From Candidatus Woesearchaeota archaeon (lineage in GTDB: Archaea > Nanobdellota > Nanobdellia > UBA10117 > ARS21): a DNA stretch of 56,020 nt. Each line of letters opens with the position of its first letter. Position 1 is the stretch's first letter. The stretch is taken from the NCBI GenBank assembly GCA_018698915.1, contig JABIPN010000026.1, forward strand, positions 1 to 56,020, read 5' to 3'. Shown in pieces: positions 29,088 to 39,429 of the stretch. The position numbers and the translations under genes were made by a program. The notes beneath the pieces are model-generated. The model ran no database searches, was not told where the DNA came from, and worked only from the letters and a program-made list of their open reading frames with translations.

Positions 29088-29597
29088 ATGTCAGAAACGA
29101 TAAACCTAATTACAAATGCCAAAGTATCAAAAAATGATTTCATATTTGATTTCAGAGAATTATATGGACACGCCGAAGACTGGTTAAAGTGGAGACAATT
29201 CACAGTTATTGAAACAAAATACGTGGAGAAAGTTGGCCCAACTGGAAAATCATATGAAATACATTGGCTAACAAATAGAGCTATTGATTCATATTCTCAA
29301 TATAATATTGATGTTATTTGGACTATTTCTGACATGAATGATATCGATGCAGAAATTGAGGGGAAAAAATTAATATTGCAAAAAGGATCAATTAACTTCG
29401 ATATGAGTGCGTATTTAGTTGTTGACAAAGAAGATAAATGGTCAAACCAACCATTCCTCAGACTCTTCAAAGAATTTTATGAAAAGTTTATTTACAAAAG
29501 CACCCGAAAGCAAATGCAAGGAGAGTTGTGGCAAGTTGCAACGGAGTTGCAGGCAGAAGTTAAATCCTTCCTTGAACTTTACCGGTATAATCAATGA
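29088..29597 (+). CDS. Hypothetical cytoplasmic protein, first gene of the adhesin operon
   Basis: 169 aa with no signal peptide or TM helix. An ATGA overlap links it to the downstream giant gene. The TATA-like element AAATATTTATATTG lies about 25 nt upstream. Confidence 0.55.
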   Translation: MSETINLITNAKVSKNDFIFDFRELYGHAEDWLKWRQFTVIETKYVEKVGPTGKSYEIHWLTNRAIDSYSQYNIDVIWTISDMNDIDAEIEGKKLILQKGSINFDMSAYLVVDKEDKWSNQPFLRLFKEFYEKFIYKSTRKQMQGELWQVATELQAEVKSFLELYRYNQ

Positions 29598-32224
29598 GAT
29601 CAGCTAAAAGCAAATTCAGCGGCGGAATTCTAATTATATTTTTAGTATTTTCTTTAATAGCAACATTCTCGATTGCAACAGCAGACAGTACGGAGGATGG
29701 TTGGAATAGTGATTCCGATGGAGATGGAATGTGGGATGCTGAGGACAATTGTCCAAATTCTCACGGCGGAGACAACTCAATAAATGGCTGTCCGGACGAT
29801 GATGGAGACGGAGTACCAAATCATGAAGATGCATTTCCAAATGATCCAAACGAGGATGCAGATCAAGACAATGATGGAATTGGAGATAATGCTGAGGGAA
29901 GAGGAAGCGGTGCAGAAGATCATCGAGATTCCGATGATGATGGAACGGCAGATTATCGGGACGATGATTCCGATAATGACGGCATCCGTGATTTTATAGA
30001 AGGAGATGAAGATGAAGATGACGACGGAACTCCAAATTATTTAGATTCAGATTCCGACAATGACGGCATCCCGGATTCAGTAGAAGGCGATGAAGATGCC
30101 GACAGCGACGGAATTCCAAATTTTCTAGATACTGATTCTGACGGCGACGGTTACGATGATGAAACCGAAGATGGTCATGACAGTATAGACGCAGATGGTG
30201 ATGGAATTCCCGATTATCTTGACACGGACTCCGACAACGACGGATTATCAGATGCAGATGAAAAAGATAAAGGCACTGAAAGAACTGAAGAAGATTCAGA
30301 TATGGATGGCTTAACAGACGGAGACGAAGTTAATATTTATGGAACCAATCCAATTATACAAGATACTGACGGTGATGGATTGACTGATGGAGAAGAAATA
30401 AATGGAATGAGTAGTGGATCAGAAATGTATACTTCTAATCCCTTAAGTAAAGATTCAGATGGTGACGGATTGGAAGATAACGAAGAAATTCAAGGATTTA
30501 AAAGCTTTGAAGACGTAGAATATTCTGATTTTTGGTATATTTATACAGATCCGAGTAGCGCAGACACAGATGAAGATGGATTAACCGATTATGAAGAAAT
30601 TAGTATAGCTAATTATCATATTACAAATCCAATTATACCAGATACTGACGGTGATGGAATAAAGGATGGTTTAGACAACTGTCCCGGAGAAATTAATGCA
30701 GACCAAAAAGACCTTGATGGAGACGGCATTGGAACTGAATGTGATCCAATCGAGCTTGTCTTCAAAATTCATCCTAAAGATGATGATACTATAACAGAAG
30801 GGCCATATCTTTTTAATGAAGAAATTACATTTTCAGCGGAAGAGTCATACTCATTTGGACAAAAACTTTCTGAAGGCGGAATCGCAACTATTACTTGGAT
30901 ATTTCCCGATGGAACGCTTAGTGACTTTGATGGAACTGCTGATGCAACTGCCGGAACTGAAAAGGATTTAACTTTTGAAAACAGTGGTATTTACAAAAGC
31001 AAAATAGAAGGAAGCTGTGTGCCAATGACGACAGCAGGCGATGGAAGCCTGCCATCTCCACCATCATATGCATTCTATAGGAACAAGGTTGACTGCACAG
31101 TTACAGAAGAGATAGAATTCGAAGTAGAAATCACCAACGGACTTTACGCAGTAATTTCAAAACCGACAGCAGGAATTACAATACAACCAAACCAACAACT
31201 ACTCTTCGAAGAAGATTCATATTCAACAGGAGAACCTATTGATTCATGGATAATTGATTTCGGAGATGAATCCCAACCTTATGGATATTTATCATTCGAT
31301 CAGCAATACAAATGCTATAGTTCAACAGTGGCAACACAATTCTGTAGCACAAATATATTAACCGTTGGCGGAAATTTTGAAGATGGCGCAGCATGTGGTT
31401 GCGGAGATTATACTACAGAAATTTTCCCAACTACCGTAGTTGATATAACTAATTTTGCAGGAAGAAAAACAGGTCATACTTACGAGTCACTTGAATCTTG
31501 TGGAGATGATTTCATTTGTACAGTAACTCTAACAGTCGGAGCCGATTCAGACGACGACGGAACAATTGATTTCACTTCTTCAACAACATTAGACTTACCT
31601 TTCAGTGAAATTTCAGTCTGTTCAGAATTTCCAACTGCCGCAATTTGTACAACGGGTGAATTAAATTTAGATAATGTCTGTGAGCGAGCACCAGAATTAG
31701 AAACATGTCAAGATGATGCAAATATCCCTCCAAATAACCTAACTGGTGGAAATTTCACAAACGAAACAAAAAATTTAGATACTCTTGATCCAAAGATTAC
31801 AGGACAAGAGAGTCATGTTTCTAAAAATACAGCAAATAAGAAACAGTACAGTGATCCATTAGATAACGTGAAGAATGCACAAGGTACAGGAACTGGTGGA
31901 AAAGATAAAGGATCTTCGGGAGCCGGAACAATTTTAGTAATTATAATACTCCTTTCAGCAATTGGTGGACTTGGATTCTATTTCTGGAAGAAAGGAATGT
32001 TTGATGGTTCAAAATCAAAACCGCCATCAACAGACACATTTGAAGCAACACCTGAAACTACAAAATCAGAACCTGAGCCCGCGAAAGAAGAAAAACCAGA
32101 TTCAAGTTCAGAAATACAAGCCTATATAGACAAGGCCAAAGTAGCAGGAGAATCTAATGATCAAATGAAAGAAGGACTCAAAGCAGCAGGCTGGCCAGAT
32201 TCTGAGATTAACAAGTATCTGTAG
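29594..32224 (+). CDS. Giant acidic surface protein: signal peptide, about 18 thrombospondin type 3-like Ca-binding repeats, PKD-like modules, a C-terminal TM anchor and a cytoplasmic tail
   Basis: Repeated DxDxDGxxDxxE/D units ([29 protein letters not shown]). PKD-like ITWIFPDGT and [10 protein letters not shown] helix [19 protein letters not shown] followed by KKG. Confidence 0.8.
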   Translation: MRSAKSKFSGGILIIFLVFSLIATFSIATADSTEDGWNSDSDGDGMWDAEDNCPNSHGGDNSINGCPDDDGDGVPNHEDAFPNDPNEDADQDNDGIGDNAEGRGSGAEDHRDSDDDGTADYRDDDSDNDGIRDFIEGDEDEDDDGTPNYLDSDSDNDGIPDSVEGDEDADSDGIPNFLDTDSDGDGYDDETEDGHDSIDADGDGIPDYLDTDSDNDGLSDADEKDKGTERTEEDSDMDGLTDGDEVNIYGTNPIIQDTDGDGLTDGEEINGMSSGSEMYTSNPLSKDSDGDGLEDNEEIQGFKSFEDVEYSDFWYIYTDPSSADTDEDGLTDYEEISIANYHITNPIIPDTDGDGIKDGLDNCPGEINADQKDLDGDGIGTECDPIELVFKIHPKDDDTITEGPYLFNEEITFSAEESYSFGQKLSEGGIATITWIFPDGTLSDFDGTADATAGTEKDLTFENSGIYKSKIEGSCVPMTTAGDGSLPSPPSYAFYRNKVDCTVTEEIEFEVEITNGLYAVISKPTAGITIQPNQQLLFEEDSYSTGEPIDSWIIDFGDESQPYGYLSFDQQYKCYSSTVATQFCSTNILTVGGNFEDGAACGCGDYTTEIFPTTVVDITNFAGRKTGHTYESLESCGDDFICTVTLTVGADSDDDGTIDFTSSTTLDLPFSEISVCSEFPTAAICTTGELNLDNVCERAPELETCQDDANIPPNNLTGGNFTNETKNLDTLDPKITGQESHVSKNTANKKQYSDPLDNVKNAQGTGTGGKDKGSSGAGTILVIIILLSAIGGLGFYFWKKGMFDGSKSKPPSTDTFEATPETTKSEPEPAKEEKPDSSSEIQAYIDKAKVAGESNDQMKEGLKAAGWPDSEINKYL
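29700..30740 (+). repeat. Coding array of degenerate TSP3-like (DxDxDG) repeats
   Basis: GAT/GAC/GGA-rich periodic sequence. It also produces the spurious ORFs at 29634-29849 and 29784-29999. Confidence 0.7.
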
Positions 32225-32258
32225 CAATTATTATAAACTTCTGAGCTTATTTGTTTAC

Positions 32259-35200
32259 ATGATCAGAAAGCTCTTTGTTGTATTGATGTTGCTCGTTTTA
32301 TTACCTTCCGTGTTAGCACCAGTAGATTCCAATGATTGGGATGGAGATGGAACTACTAATACCAATGACCAGTTTCCTTTAGACCGCGCAAGAGCAACAA
32401 TCAGTGATGGCACAGATCATTTCAATTCTGCAAAGATTGAAGAGATTATAGAACCAAAGACATCTTATTATTATTATTATAATATAAAATTATTTGATGG
32501 CGACAATCCTCGTTTGGACATTGGATATCTGACAAATCCAGGAGAATTGTCAAGGGCGAATCTTTTAGAATGGGATACAGCATTAGGTGAAAATCAATAT
32601 GTTCCCTTATTCGAATTCGGAAAGCGAGATTCTAGCTTTTTTGAAGGGGAAATAATCGGAACAAAGGATGAAATTACATTAATTTATGATGATAGAATTG
32701 ATTATTATATCAGCGATAAATCAAAATCTTACACCTCTCAATATCATACTTCTCTACATAACTTTCCTGCTGACGGTGGCGAACCGAGCTTTTACTACGT
32801 TCAAAGTTTTGAAATAATAGACATAGATTCAGATGGAAGTTTGGAATTAGTTGTTATTTCAAGACGGAAAAATAGCGGAGGTGCAGAACGTGGAGACGGA
32901 TATCATTTTATGTTGGTTTTAAAATCCACAGGACAGAACGATAACCTTTTTTGGGATGACCCAACTATGTACAAAATACCTAACTATGTGGAAAATATAA
33001 CTTTCATTTCTCCAGATACTTTCATTTGGATAAATCCTATTGATAAATGTATTAATTCGGCGGACGAAGTCGAGGAGTCCAATTCCGAACTTCCATATTC
33101 ATCTAAGTCTATTGTAAGTTACTATACCTGCACGTATACAGCTTCTGATTCTAATCTTGTTCCCAACCGGTGGATAGCTGCTTATCCTGAACAAACTCTA
33201 AGAAAATACAAACTAAATTATAATATTTATCCTACCTGGGACATAGATGAGGAGACGGATATTTATTCTGAGATGGATAATGTGCCTAGCACCGACATGA
33301 ATATAGATTTATCTCACGTTGAAGACGTATCCAAAGATTATATTCTTGCTAGCAACCAAGATAAATCCAAACTATATTTATACAATCATAATCTCGCATT
33401 AAAAAAACAATTTAATATAAACTTTGTTGATGCAAAGTTTGGATTAATCAATAATGACGAAGAGATGGATATCATAGTCAGTGAAGCGTGTTCCTCAACT
33501 TCTTCGAACAGGGGAAAAAATTTGAAGGTATATTTTGGTGAAGGAAATTATGATTTCACTGAATTTACAGTTGAAAATTCCGAGCTAAATGATTGTGTCC
33601 AAGAACTCAGTATTGGAGACGTAGATCGCGATGGCACTGAAGATATTGTATTATCAAACTCTGATCCTGATTCATTTTATCAATCAAACTCTCTACTTAT
33701 TTTATTTAATCCAGGAACTCCCTCCGTAGAACTTTTACCTTCCGAATTAGACGCAGATGGTGATGGAATTACTAATGATCTTGATGAATGTGATGATACT
33801 CAAGTCACAACCGTAAATTCTGTTGGTTGTCCCGACGCAGATCAAGATGGAATTAAAGATGAGTCAGACAACTGTCCAGATACTCCTACTGACGAGACTG
33901 TATCTACTTCAGGATGTTCAAATTTACAACTAGACTTTGATGCAGATGGAGTACTGAATGATATCGATGACTGTCTTCTAACTGCGGGTGGAACAGATAC
34001 TGACGAAGACGGATCTGCTGGAATCAATGGCTGTCCTGACGATGATGGAGACAAAATACCAAACTCAGCAGATTTATGCCCCGGAACAGTTGAAAATATA
34101 GTCGAAGATAATGGATGTTCAAATGAACAAAAATCAGAAATTATAATAAGCTCTAACAGAAAAGCAGGAGTTCCAATCACTGGAATAATAAGAAACTTGG
34201 GTGAAGATATTAATGGATTTTTTTCATATTTCGACAAAAAAATTGATATAGTTTATTGGTTCAATGGAATAAAAGAAAATAAGCAAATAATTAATGATGC
34301 TGGAACTCTAATCTGTGCTGAATCGTTAGATGATACAAATGCATGTAATGTGTATAGCGGAAACAGAATAGCTATAACAATTGATTATGAATCATCAAAT
34401 AATATTGTAGAAGAAGATTTGGATTGTTCTTGTCTTACTCCAAACTATTATAGTCATGAAATACCGATGGAATTCAAACTCAATCCAGCAGGTGTTTCTA
34501 CACAAAATTCAATAGATGAAACGTTCATTAATAGTTATTTGCTGGATGAATGTAAAACTTTCGGAGCAGTACAGATAAAACTTAAGAGATTAAGTGATGA
34601 TCCAATAATCCCTGATTTGACCTCTGGAGGCGCAGTAGCAGATCCATCAGATGAAGATAGTGATATGGATGGAGTTAATAATGTGGACGATTTATGCCCA
34701 TTAGAAGCTGCAGCCTCAGACACGAATAATGATGGATGTGAAGACGTACAATGCACAATAAGTGCAATGATATTCTACAAAAATAATAATCCCAAATTAT
34801 TAACACCAGTAAACTTCTTCCTTCTTCCTTCAGATGCTCCTGACGAAGCGCTAGAAACACCAACAAACGAAGAAGGAGAAGAAAGTCCCTTTGGAGTTTA
34901 CTCACAATCTTGTGAATATGGAAACACTGGAGAAAGAATTGAAGGATCAGAATGGTGTTGTATTCCAGGATATCTTGCAAAAGAAGTTGGAGCACTAAAT
35001 TCTCTTAATCCAAACGAAGCAGCATGTACTCAATATGAAAATAAAATACCAAGCGCAGTTATTTCAACAAATGTAACTAACATCTCCATCGGAGAAACAA
35101 TAACTTTCGATGCAAGTTCATCAAGAGATTCAGATGGAATAATAAAAGAATATATTTGGACTTTCGGAGACGGCTCACCGAAAGAAACAGGAGAAACAGT

Positions 35201-35771
35201 AGATCATAAATTTGAAACAGCATGCGCTCAAGATATCTGCATAATTACATTAAACGTAAAAGACAATTTCAATAATATTGGAGAAGAAACTATAACTTTG
35301 AACATGACTAATATTATAATTTCAGATGATAAAGAAGATGATAAAGAAGATGACAAAGAAGAAGATGACGATTCAGAAACAGTAGATGCAGGTGCCGAAA
35401 ATGACGGAACGGGCGGAGGATATGATTGGGGAGCTCCAGGCGCAGGAGAGGATGAAGATGACGGAACAAAAGGTAGCGCAGCAGGATGGCTTATAATCAT
35501 AGCAGTATTAGCACTAATGGGTGGAGCATATTTCGCATTCAAGAAAGGACTTTTCAGCAAAAAGAAAGAACCAGAACCAATTGATTTAGACTCAGAAACG
35601 TTTGAAGCAGAAGAACCAGTCAAAGAAAAGAAAGATACTGGAAAAATGTCTGGTTTTATCTCAGATCAGAAAGACAAAGGACTTTCAAATGAAGAAATTA
35701 GACAAAAACTACTTGGAAAAGGACTAAGCGATGACGAAGTAGATAAACACATGAATAAGTCCAGAGAATAA
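32259..35771 (+). CDS. Giant surface protein: signal peptide, FG-GAP/VCBS-like repeats, TSP3-like repeats, a PKD domain, an acidic linker, a TM anchor and a cytoplasmic tail
   Basis: FG-GAP-like IIDIDSDGSLELVVIS, FGLINNDEEMDIIVSE, IGDVDRDGTEDIVLSN. TSP3-like DADGDGITNDLDECDD, CPDADQDGIKDESDNCPD. PKD-like ITFDASSSRDSDGIIKEYIWTFGDGS. TM helix WLIIIAVLALMGGAYFAF followed by KKG. Confidence 0.8.
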   Translation: MIRKLFVVLMLLVLLPSVLAPVDSNDWDGDGTTNTNDQFPLDRARATISDGTDHFNSAKIEEIIEPKTSYYYYYNIKLFDGDNPRLDIGYLTNPGELSRANLLEWDTALGENQYVPLFEFGKRDSSFFEGEIIGTKDEITLIYDDRIDYYISDKSKSYTSQYHTSLHNFPADGGEPSFYYVQSFEIIDIDSDGSLELVVISRRKNSGGAERGDGYHFMLVLKSTGQNDNLFWDDPTMYKIPNYVENITFISPDTFIWINPIDKCINSADEVEESNSELPYSSKSIVSYYTCTYTASDSNLVPNRWIAAYPEQTLRKYKLNYNIYPTWDIDEETDIYSEMDNVPSTDMNIDLSHVEDVSKDYILASNQDKSKLYLYNHNLALKKQFNINFVDAKFGLINNDEEMDIIVSEACSSTSSNRGKNLKVYFGEGNYDFTEFTVENSELNDCVQELSIGDVDRDGTEDIVLSNSDPDSFYQSNSLLILFNPGTPSVELLPSELDADGDGITNDLDECDDTQVTTVNSVGCPDADQDGIKDESDNCPDTPTDETVSTSGCSNLQLDFDADGVLNDIDDCLLTAGGTDTDEDGSAGINGCPDDDGDKIPNSADLCPGTVENIVEDNGCSNEQKSEIIISSNRKAGVPITGIIRNLGEDINGFFSYFDKKIDIVYWFNGIKENKQIINDAGTLICAESLDDTNACNVYSGNRIAITIDYESSNNIVEEDLDCSCLTPNYYSHEIPMEFKLNPAGVSTQNSIDETFINSYLLDECKTFGAVQIKLKRLSDDPIIPDLTSGGAVADPSDEDSDMDGVNNVDDLCPLEAAASDTNNDGCEDVQCTISAMIFYKNNNPKLLTPVNFFLLPSDAPDEALETPTNEEGEESPFGVYSQSCEYGNTGERIEGSEWCCIPGYLAKEVGALNSLNPNEAACTQYENKIPSAVISTNVTNISIGETITFDASSSRDSDGIIKEYIWTFGDGSPKETGETVDHKFETACAQDICIITLNVKDNFNNIGEETITLNMTNIIISDDKEDDKEDDKEEDDDSETVDAGAENDGTGGGYDWGAPGAGEDEDDGTKGSAAGWLIIIAVLALMGGAYFAFKKGLFSKKKEPEPIDLDSETFEAEEPVKEKKDTGKMSGFISDQKDKGLSNEEIRQKLLGKGLSDDEVDKHMNKSRE

Positions 35772-35939
35772 CTTCCATAAAGCTTTTAAATGACATTATT
35801 ACCTTTAAAGTATAATCAGAAATCATACTGATTCAAAATCACTATTCACTTCATACTCTTTTTGAGTATTCGCCGAAAGGCAACAATAACCGAGTAGTAT
35901 AGCGCTAACGCTATGTTTGATTTCTGAGGAGAAATAAAA

Positions 35940-37112
35940 ATGGGAAAAATAAGTCCAGTGTCAATAAAGTATAATATTAATGCTGAAATAAGATTAAGTG
36001 GTCTAGCTGAACGACCAGATGTGATCGGAGCAGTATTCGGTCAAACTGAAGGTCTATTAGGTGATGATCTAGAATTAAGAGAATTACAAAAGTCCGGTAA
36101 AATAGGACGTATAGAAGTAACACTTACAAAAAAAGACAGAAAAACTTTTGGAACAATCATAATTCCATCAAGTATGGGAAAGTCTGAAACTGCGCTCGTA
36201 GGAGCTGCAATTGAGACAATAGATAGAGTTGGACCATCAGAGTCAAAAATTCGTGTTAAGAGCATCAAAGACGTAAGACAATCTAAGAGAGATTATGTCA
36301 TGAAGCGAGCAAAAGTCTTGCTGAGAGAATTAATTGAATCTCAACCAGATGTCAAGGAAATGAAGCTTGAAGTATCTGAAGATGTACGAATAGGAGATGT
36401 GGAACACTACGGAGATGATAAACTTCCAGGTGGACCAGATTTCGATACTTCTGACGATGTAATAATCGTAGAAGGACGTGCAGATGTAGTTAATTTACTA
36501 AGATACGGAATTAAAAATACAGTCGCATTAAATGGAGCTAAATTACCAAGAAGTCTTCCAGATCTCGTTAAAGGAAAAAATATCACTTTATTCGTAGATG
36601 GAGATAGAGGCGGAGACCTAATTATTAAGAACCTAACAAAGGAAATTAATATCAAATTGGTTACAAAAGCACCAGACGGAAAAGAAGTTGAAGAACTTAC
36701 TCAAAAAGAGATTATTACAGCTCTTCGAGGTAAGACTAAAACTACTACTTCAAGAACTAGCAAAACCTCTAGACCAACTAGAGATACTAAACCTGCTAGA
36801 CGAACTTCACGAAGAAGTACAGTCTCACTTCCAAAAGATACTTCCGATTTGAAGAATCTGAAAGAAGAAATCGTAGGAGACGGAGCAGCTTTAATTCTTG
36901 ACGAGAGATTACAAACTCTCGGAAGAGTTCCAGTAAAAGAACTAGCTTCAACTCTTGAAGATATCGATGGAGCACATGCAATTGTCATGGATGGTAAAAC
37001 AAATGCAGCAATTATCAAAGCTGCAGATTCTGCTGAGATTAAATATATTATAGCAGATAAGAAACCAACAAGACAAACAGCAGTACAAGTTTATAGCGGA
37101 GCAGACCTTTAG
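35940..37112 (+). CDS. dnaG: Archaeal DnaG primase (Toprim domain)
   Basis: N-terminal KYNINAEIRLSGLAERPDVIGAVFGQTEGLLGDDLELRELQKSGKIGRIEV is the conserved archaeal DnaG signature. Toprim motifs IIVEGRADVVNL and FVDGDRGGD. A GAGGAG SD-like element lies at 35926-35931. Confidence 0.92.
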   Translation: MGKISPVSIKYNINAEIRLSGLAERPDVIGAVFGQTEGLLGDDLELRELQKSGKIGRIEVTLTKKDRKTFGTIIIPSSMGKSETALVGAAIETIDRVGPSESKIRVKSIKDVRQSKRDYVMKRAKVLLRELIESQPDVKEMKLEVSEDVRIGDVEHYGDDKLPGGPDFDTSDDVIIVEGRADVVNLLRYGIKNTVALNGAKLPRSLPDLVKGKNITLFVDGDRGGDLIIKNLTKEINIKLVTKAPDGKEVEELTQKEIITALRGKTKTTTSRTSKTSRPTRDTKPARRTSRRSTVSLPKDTSDLKNLKEEIVGDGAALILDERLQTLGRVPVKELASTLEDIDGAHAIVMDGKTNAAIIKAADSAEIKYIIADKKPTRQTAVQVYSGADL

Positions 37113-37122
37113 GTCTGTTCCT

Positions 37123-37728
37123 TTATTTTCTTAAAACAAGTTCATAGTTTCCAAACTTTGAAACTTTTTCAACATGATTTTTAGAATATTTAACTTCTCG
37201 TGAGGAATATTCACCCATCTTGACACGATAATTAGAGAAAACCTTCTCAACTATTTTTTTCAAACCTTCTAACGACATAGAATAATAGAATCGATCAACA
37301 TTAGCCCATTTTACTTTAATTTGAGATTCAGCTTCCCCTAATATAAAACCAAACTTTATGACTGAAATGCCACCGGGTTTCAAAACACGTCTGACTTCCT
37401 TCAAAAAATTCAATCTATCCTTCTTAGTTGGTAAATGATGGAACATTGCAATGCTAGTAACAACATCAAAACTCGCGTCTTTAAATGGCAAAGAAGACGC
37501 ATCTAAATTAACTCCTGTGCTTAATTCACCTTGTTGAAGCATTTTCAAAGAAATATCACTATAAATCACTTTCCCAAATTTATCCAAGCCGCGACGACCG
37601 CCAGATCCTAAGTCCAAAATCTTCAAATTCCGACCCGAAACATATTTTGACAGATCAATTCCCAAATTCCGTCGATATGTACCAATAGATGAAATTTTAT
37701 CCCACTGTTTCTTAATCAAACGCTTCAT
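37123..37728 (-). CDS. Class I SAM-dependent methyltransferase
   Basis: Motif I ILDLGSGGRRG and post-I YSDIS. 201 aa. 4-nt overlap with the upstream cca gene. Confidence 0.7.
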   Translation of the reverse strand: MKRLIKKQWDKISSIGTYRRNLGIDLSKYVSGRNLKILDLGSGGRRGLDKFGKVIYSDISLKMLQQGELSTGVNLDASSLPFKDASFDVVTSIAMFHHLPTKKDRLNFLKEVRRVLKPGGISVIKFGFILGEAESQIKVKWANVDRFYYSMSLEGLKKIVEKVFSNYRVKMGEYSSREVKYSKNHVEKVSKFGNYELVLRK

Positions 37729-38990
37729 TTTGTCAATTTTAGAACTGAGAATTCAGAATCTTTCTTTATCAATCTTATAATCTGCTCAGTCTTAGTATAT
37801 TTTCTAGGAACTTCAGCATAATAATTATATCCTTCTCGCCAATTCTTTCGACGCGCATACTTTTTCTTAAAAGCAAGAATATGATTTTGCACACCATAAG
37901 TTGGAGGACCTTTCAATATTTGCTTCTTTGACAAATCCTTCTTGTCAACAAATACCCAAACAAGTCCGTCATCTCGTTTATTCCAATACATTCCGCTGTC
38001 AATTACAATAAAATTATTTTCTTCAAACAAACGGACAATTTTTTCAATATATTTGACCATTTTGGCTCCAGAAACATCCAATTTCCTATCTTCAGGAGGA
38101 GCTTTCCAAATAAACGCTTTATTCTTAGCACCTAACTTTTTAACATCAGAGAGACTAATTTCAACCTCTTCAAAGTATTTTTTATTCGGTTTCTTCAAAA
38201 ATCCCACAGCTTTTTCCTTTAATAGATCAAATTTATCCAAACCGAGAGCAGCAGCAGCATTTCTAGTTTTATCAATAGGATCAATTACAACCAAAGGACC
38301 CTGAGTTTTAGATTCATCCAATAGCTCCAAAATATCCTTTCCCTTATACACCTTTTCAATATCAATAATTGTTTTTACATCCCATTTAACAACTGCTTTC
38401 AATAATTTCTCAAAACCACTATATTGAGTAACAAGAATTTCAGTAACATGCCCTGAAAATCCACCAATCCACGATTCAGCACCATAAACACCAGAAGCCC
38501 TAAAAAATTGCTTCGCGAGACGCATCTCAAAATCCAGATTTTTATTCCCCTTTACCTTTTTCTTAATCCAATTAACATGAAAGGGTGATTGATCAGTAAG
38601 ATTCTTAGCCTGACCAATACTTCGAATAGATAACACAGGAATAATTTCAATCTCAAATTCCTTCAAATTAATCTGATAATAATCACGAGAACCCTTTAAC
38701 CGCAAGACATTTTTGAAAATCCCACTCAATACTCCTTCACAAATTGCAGAAATATCTTCTTCACCATATTTTTTCAAATCAAATCGCATAAAATAGTCAA
38801 TATCTCTAATTCCTGGCAAGCAAGTACCTTTTCCAACACTTCCACCAACAAATAACTTTGCAACAATTCCTTGTTTATCCAATTCAGCATTAACTTTTTC
38901 TTCAAATTCAGTCATAATCGCAGATAATCTTTCAGATTCACTAGGATCAATAGTAACCATACTTTCAACCGCGTCTATCACTTTTTTCAT
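37725..38990 (-). CDS. cca: CCA-adding enzyme (archaeal class I tRNA nucleotidyltransferase)
   Basis: FVGGSVGKGTCLPGIRDIDYFMRF is the class I nucleotidyltransferase GS...DxD signature. 421 aa, an archaeal-type length. Confidence 0.85.
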   Translation of the reverse strand: MKKVIDAVESMVTIDPSESERLSAIMTEFEEKVNAELDKQGIVAKLFVGGSVGKGTCLPGIRDIDYFMRFDLKKYGEEDISAICEGVLSGIFKNVLRLKGSRDYYQINLKEFEIEIIPVLSIRSIGQAKNLTDQSPFHVNWIKKKVKGNKNLDFEMRLAKQFFRASGVYGAESWIGGFSGHVTEILVTQYSGFEKLLKAVVKWDVKTIIDIEKVYKGKDILELLDESKTQGPLVVIDPIDKTRNAAAALGLDKFDLLKEKAVGFLKKPNKKYFEEVEISLSDVKKLGAKNKAFIWKAPPEDRKLDVSGAKMVKYIEKIVRLFEENNFIVIDSGMYWNKRDDGLVWVFVDKKDLSKKQILKGPPTYGVQNHILAFKKKYARRKNWREGYNYYAEVPRKYTKTEQIIRLIKKDSEFSVLKLTK

Positions 38991-39060
38991 TTAGATATAT
39001 AGGAGTAAAACTATTTAAGGTTTGGTCAAAATTTAAATATAAACAGCGTATTACTAATTC

Positions 39061-39429
39061 ATGAGAGAGGAAACAATACTAACATTAATGTTTACAGGAA
39101 TGGGAATGATATTAGTTTTCGTTTCTTCAGCATTTATAATTCCTGGATCAAGTATAATAACGGGATCTGCTACAAAAACAATTAAAAATAATTCAGGAAT
39201 AATTCTAACAGTAATCGCGGCTCTGGCAATAATTGGTATTATTCTAATATTACTCGGAATTAACGGAACTCTGAAAAGAAATAAAGTCACAGCAACAGCA
39301 TTTATTTCAACAGGAGATCCACTTTCAGATTATATTCGCTATGCAAAAGGATCAAAATCCAATTATAAAATCAAGTCAGAGCTCATGAGCGTTGGTTGGA
39401 CAGAAGAAGATATTGACAAGAGATTATAA
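39061..39429 (+). CDS. Small membrane protein with the shared C-terminal tail motif
   Basis: 122 aa with two TM helices. The C-terminal DYIRYAKGSKSNYKIKSELMSVGWTEEDIDKRL matches the tails of the two giant surface proteins. The antisense ORF 39054-39290 was rejected. Confidence 0.6.
   Translation: MREETILTLMFTGMGMILVFVSSAFIIPGSSIITGSATKTIKNNSGIILTVIAALAIIGIILILLGINGTLKRNKVTATAFISTGDPLSDYIRYAKGSKSNYKIKSELMSVGWTEEDIDKRL

Noticed and set aside
29634-29999. Two 71-aa ORFs (29634-29849 minus, 29784-29999 plus) in the TSP3 repeat region
   Set aside because: They are by-products of the periodic GAT/GAC/GGA repeat. The main frame encodes coherent DxDxDG units continuous with a signal peptide.
33842-35623. 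Antisense ORFs (33842-34237, 34535-34756, 34675-34995, 35228-35623) inside the 1170-aa surface protein gene
   Set aside because: These are Ser/Pro-rich, low-complexity translations of the reverse strand of Asp/Glu/Gly-rich repeats. The plus-strand frame has clear PKD and TSP3 motifs.
29594-35771. Diversity-generating retroelement targeting the giant surface proteins
   Set aside because: No reverse transcriptase ORF (no YxDD-type motif) is in the window. I could not spot a template/variable repeat pair with adenine-specific mismatches. This cannot be excluded without a computational repeat search.
39054-39290. 78-aa minus-strand ORF overlapping the small membrane protein gene
   Set aside because: The plus-strand ORF is longer and has two clean TM helices. 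It also carries the C-terminal tail motif shared with the two giant surface proteins.
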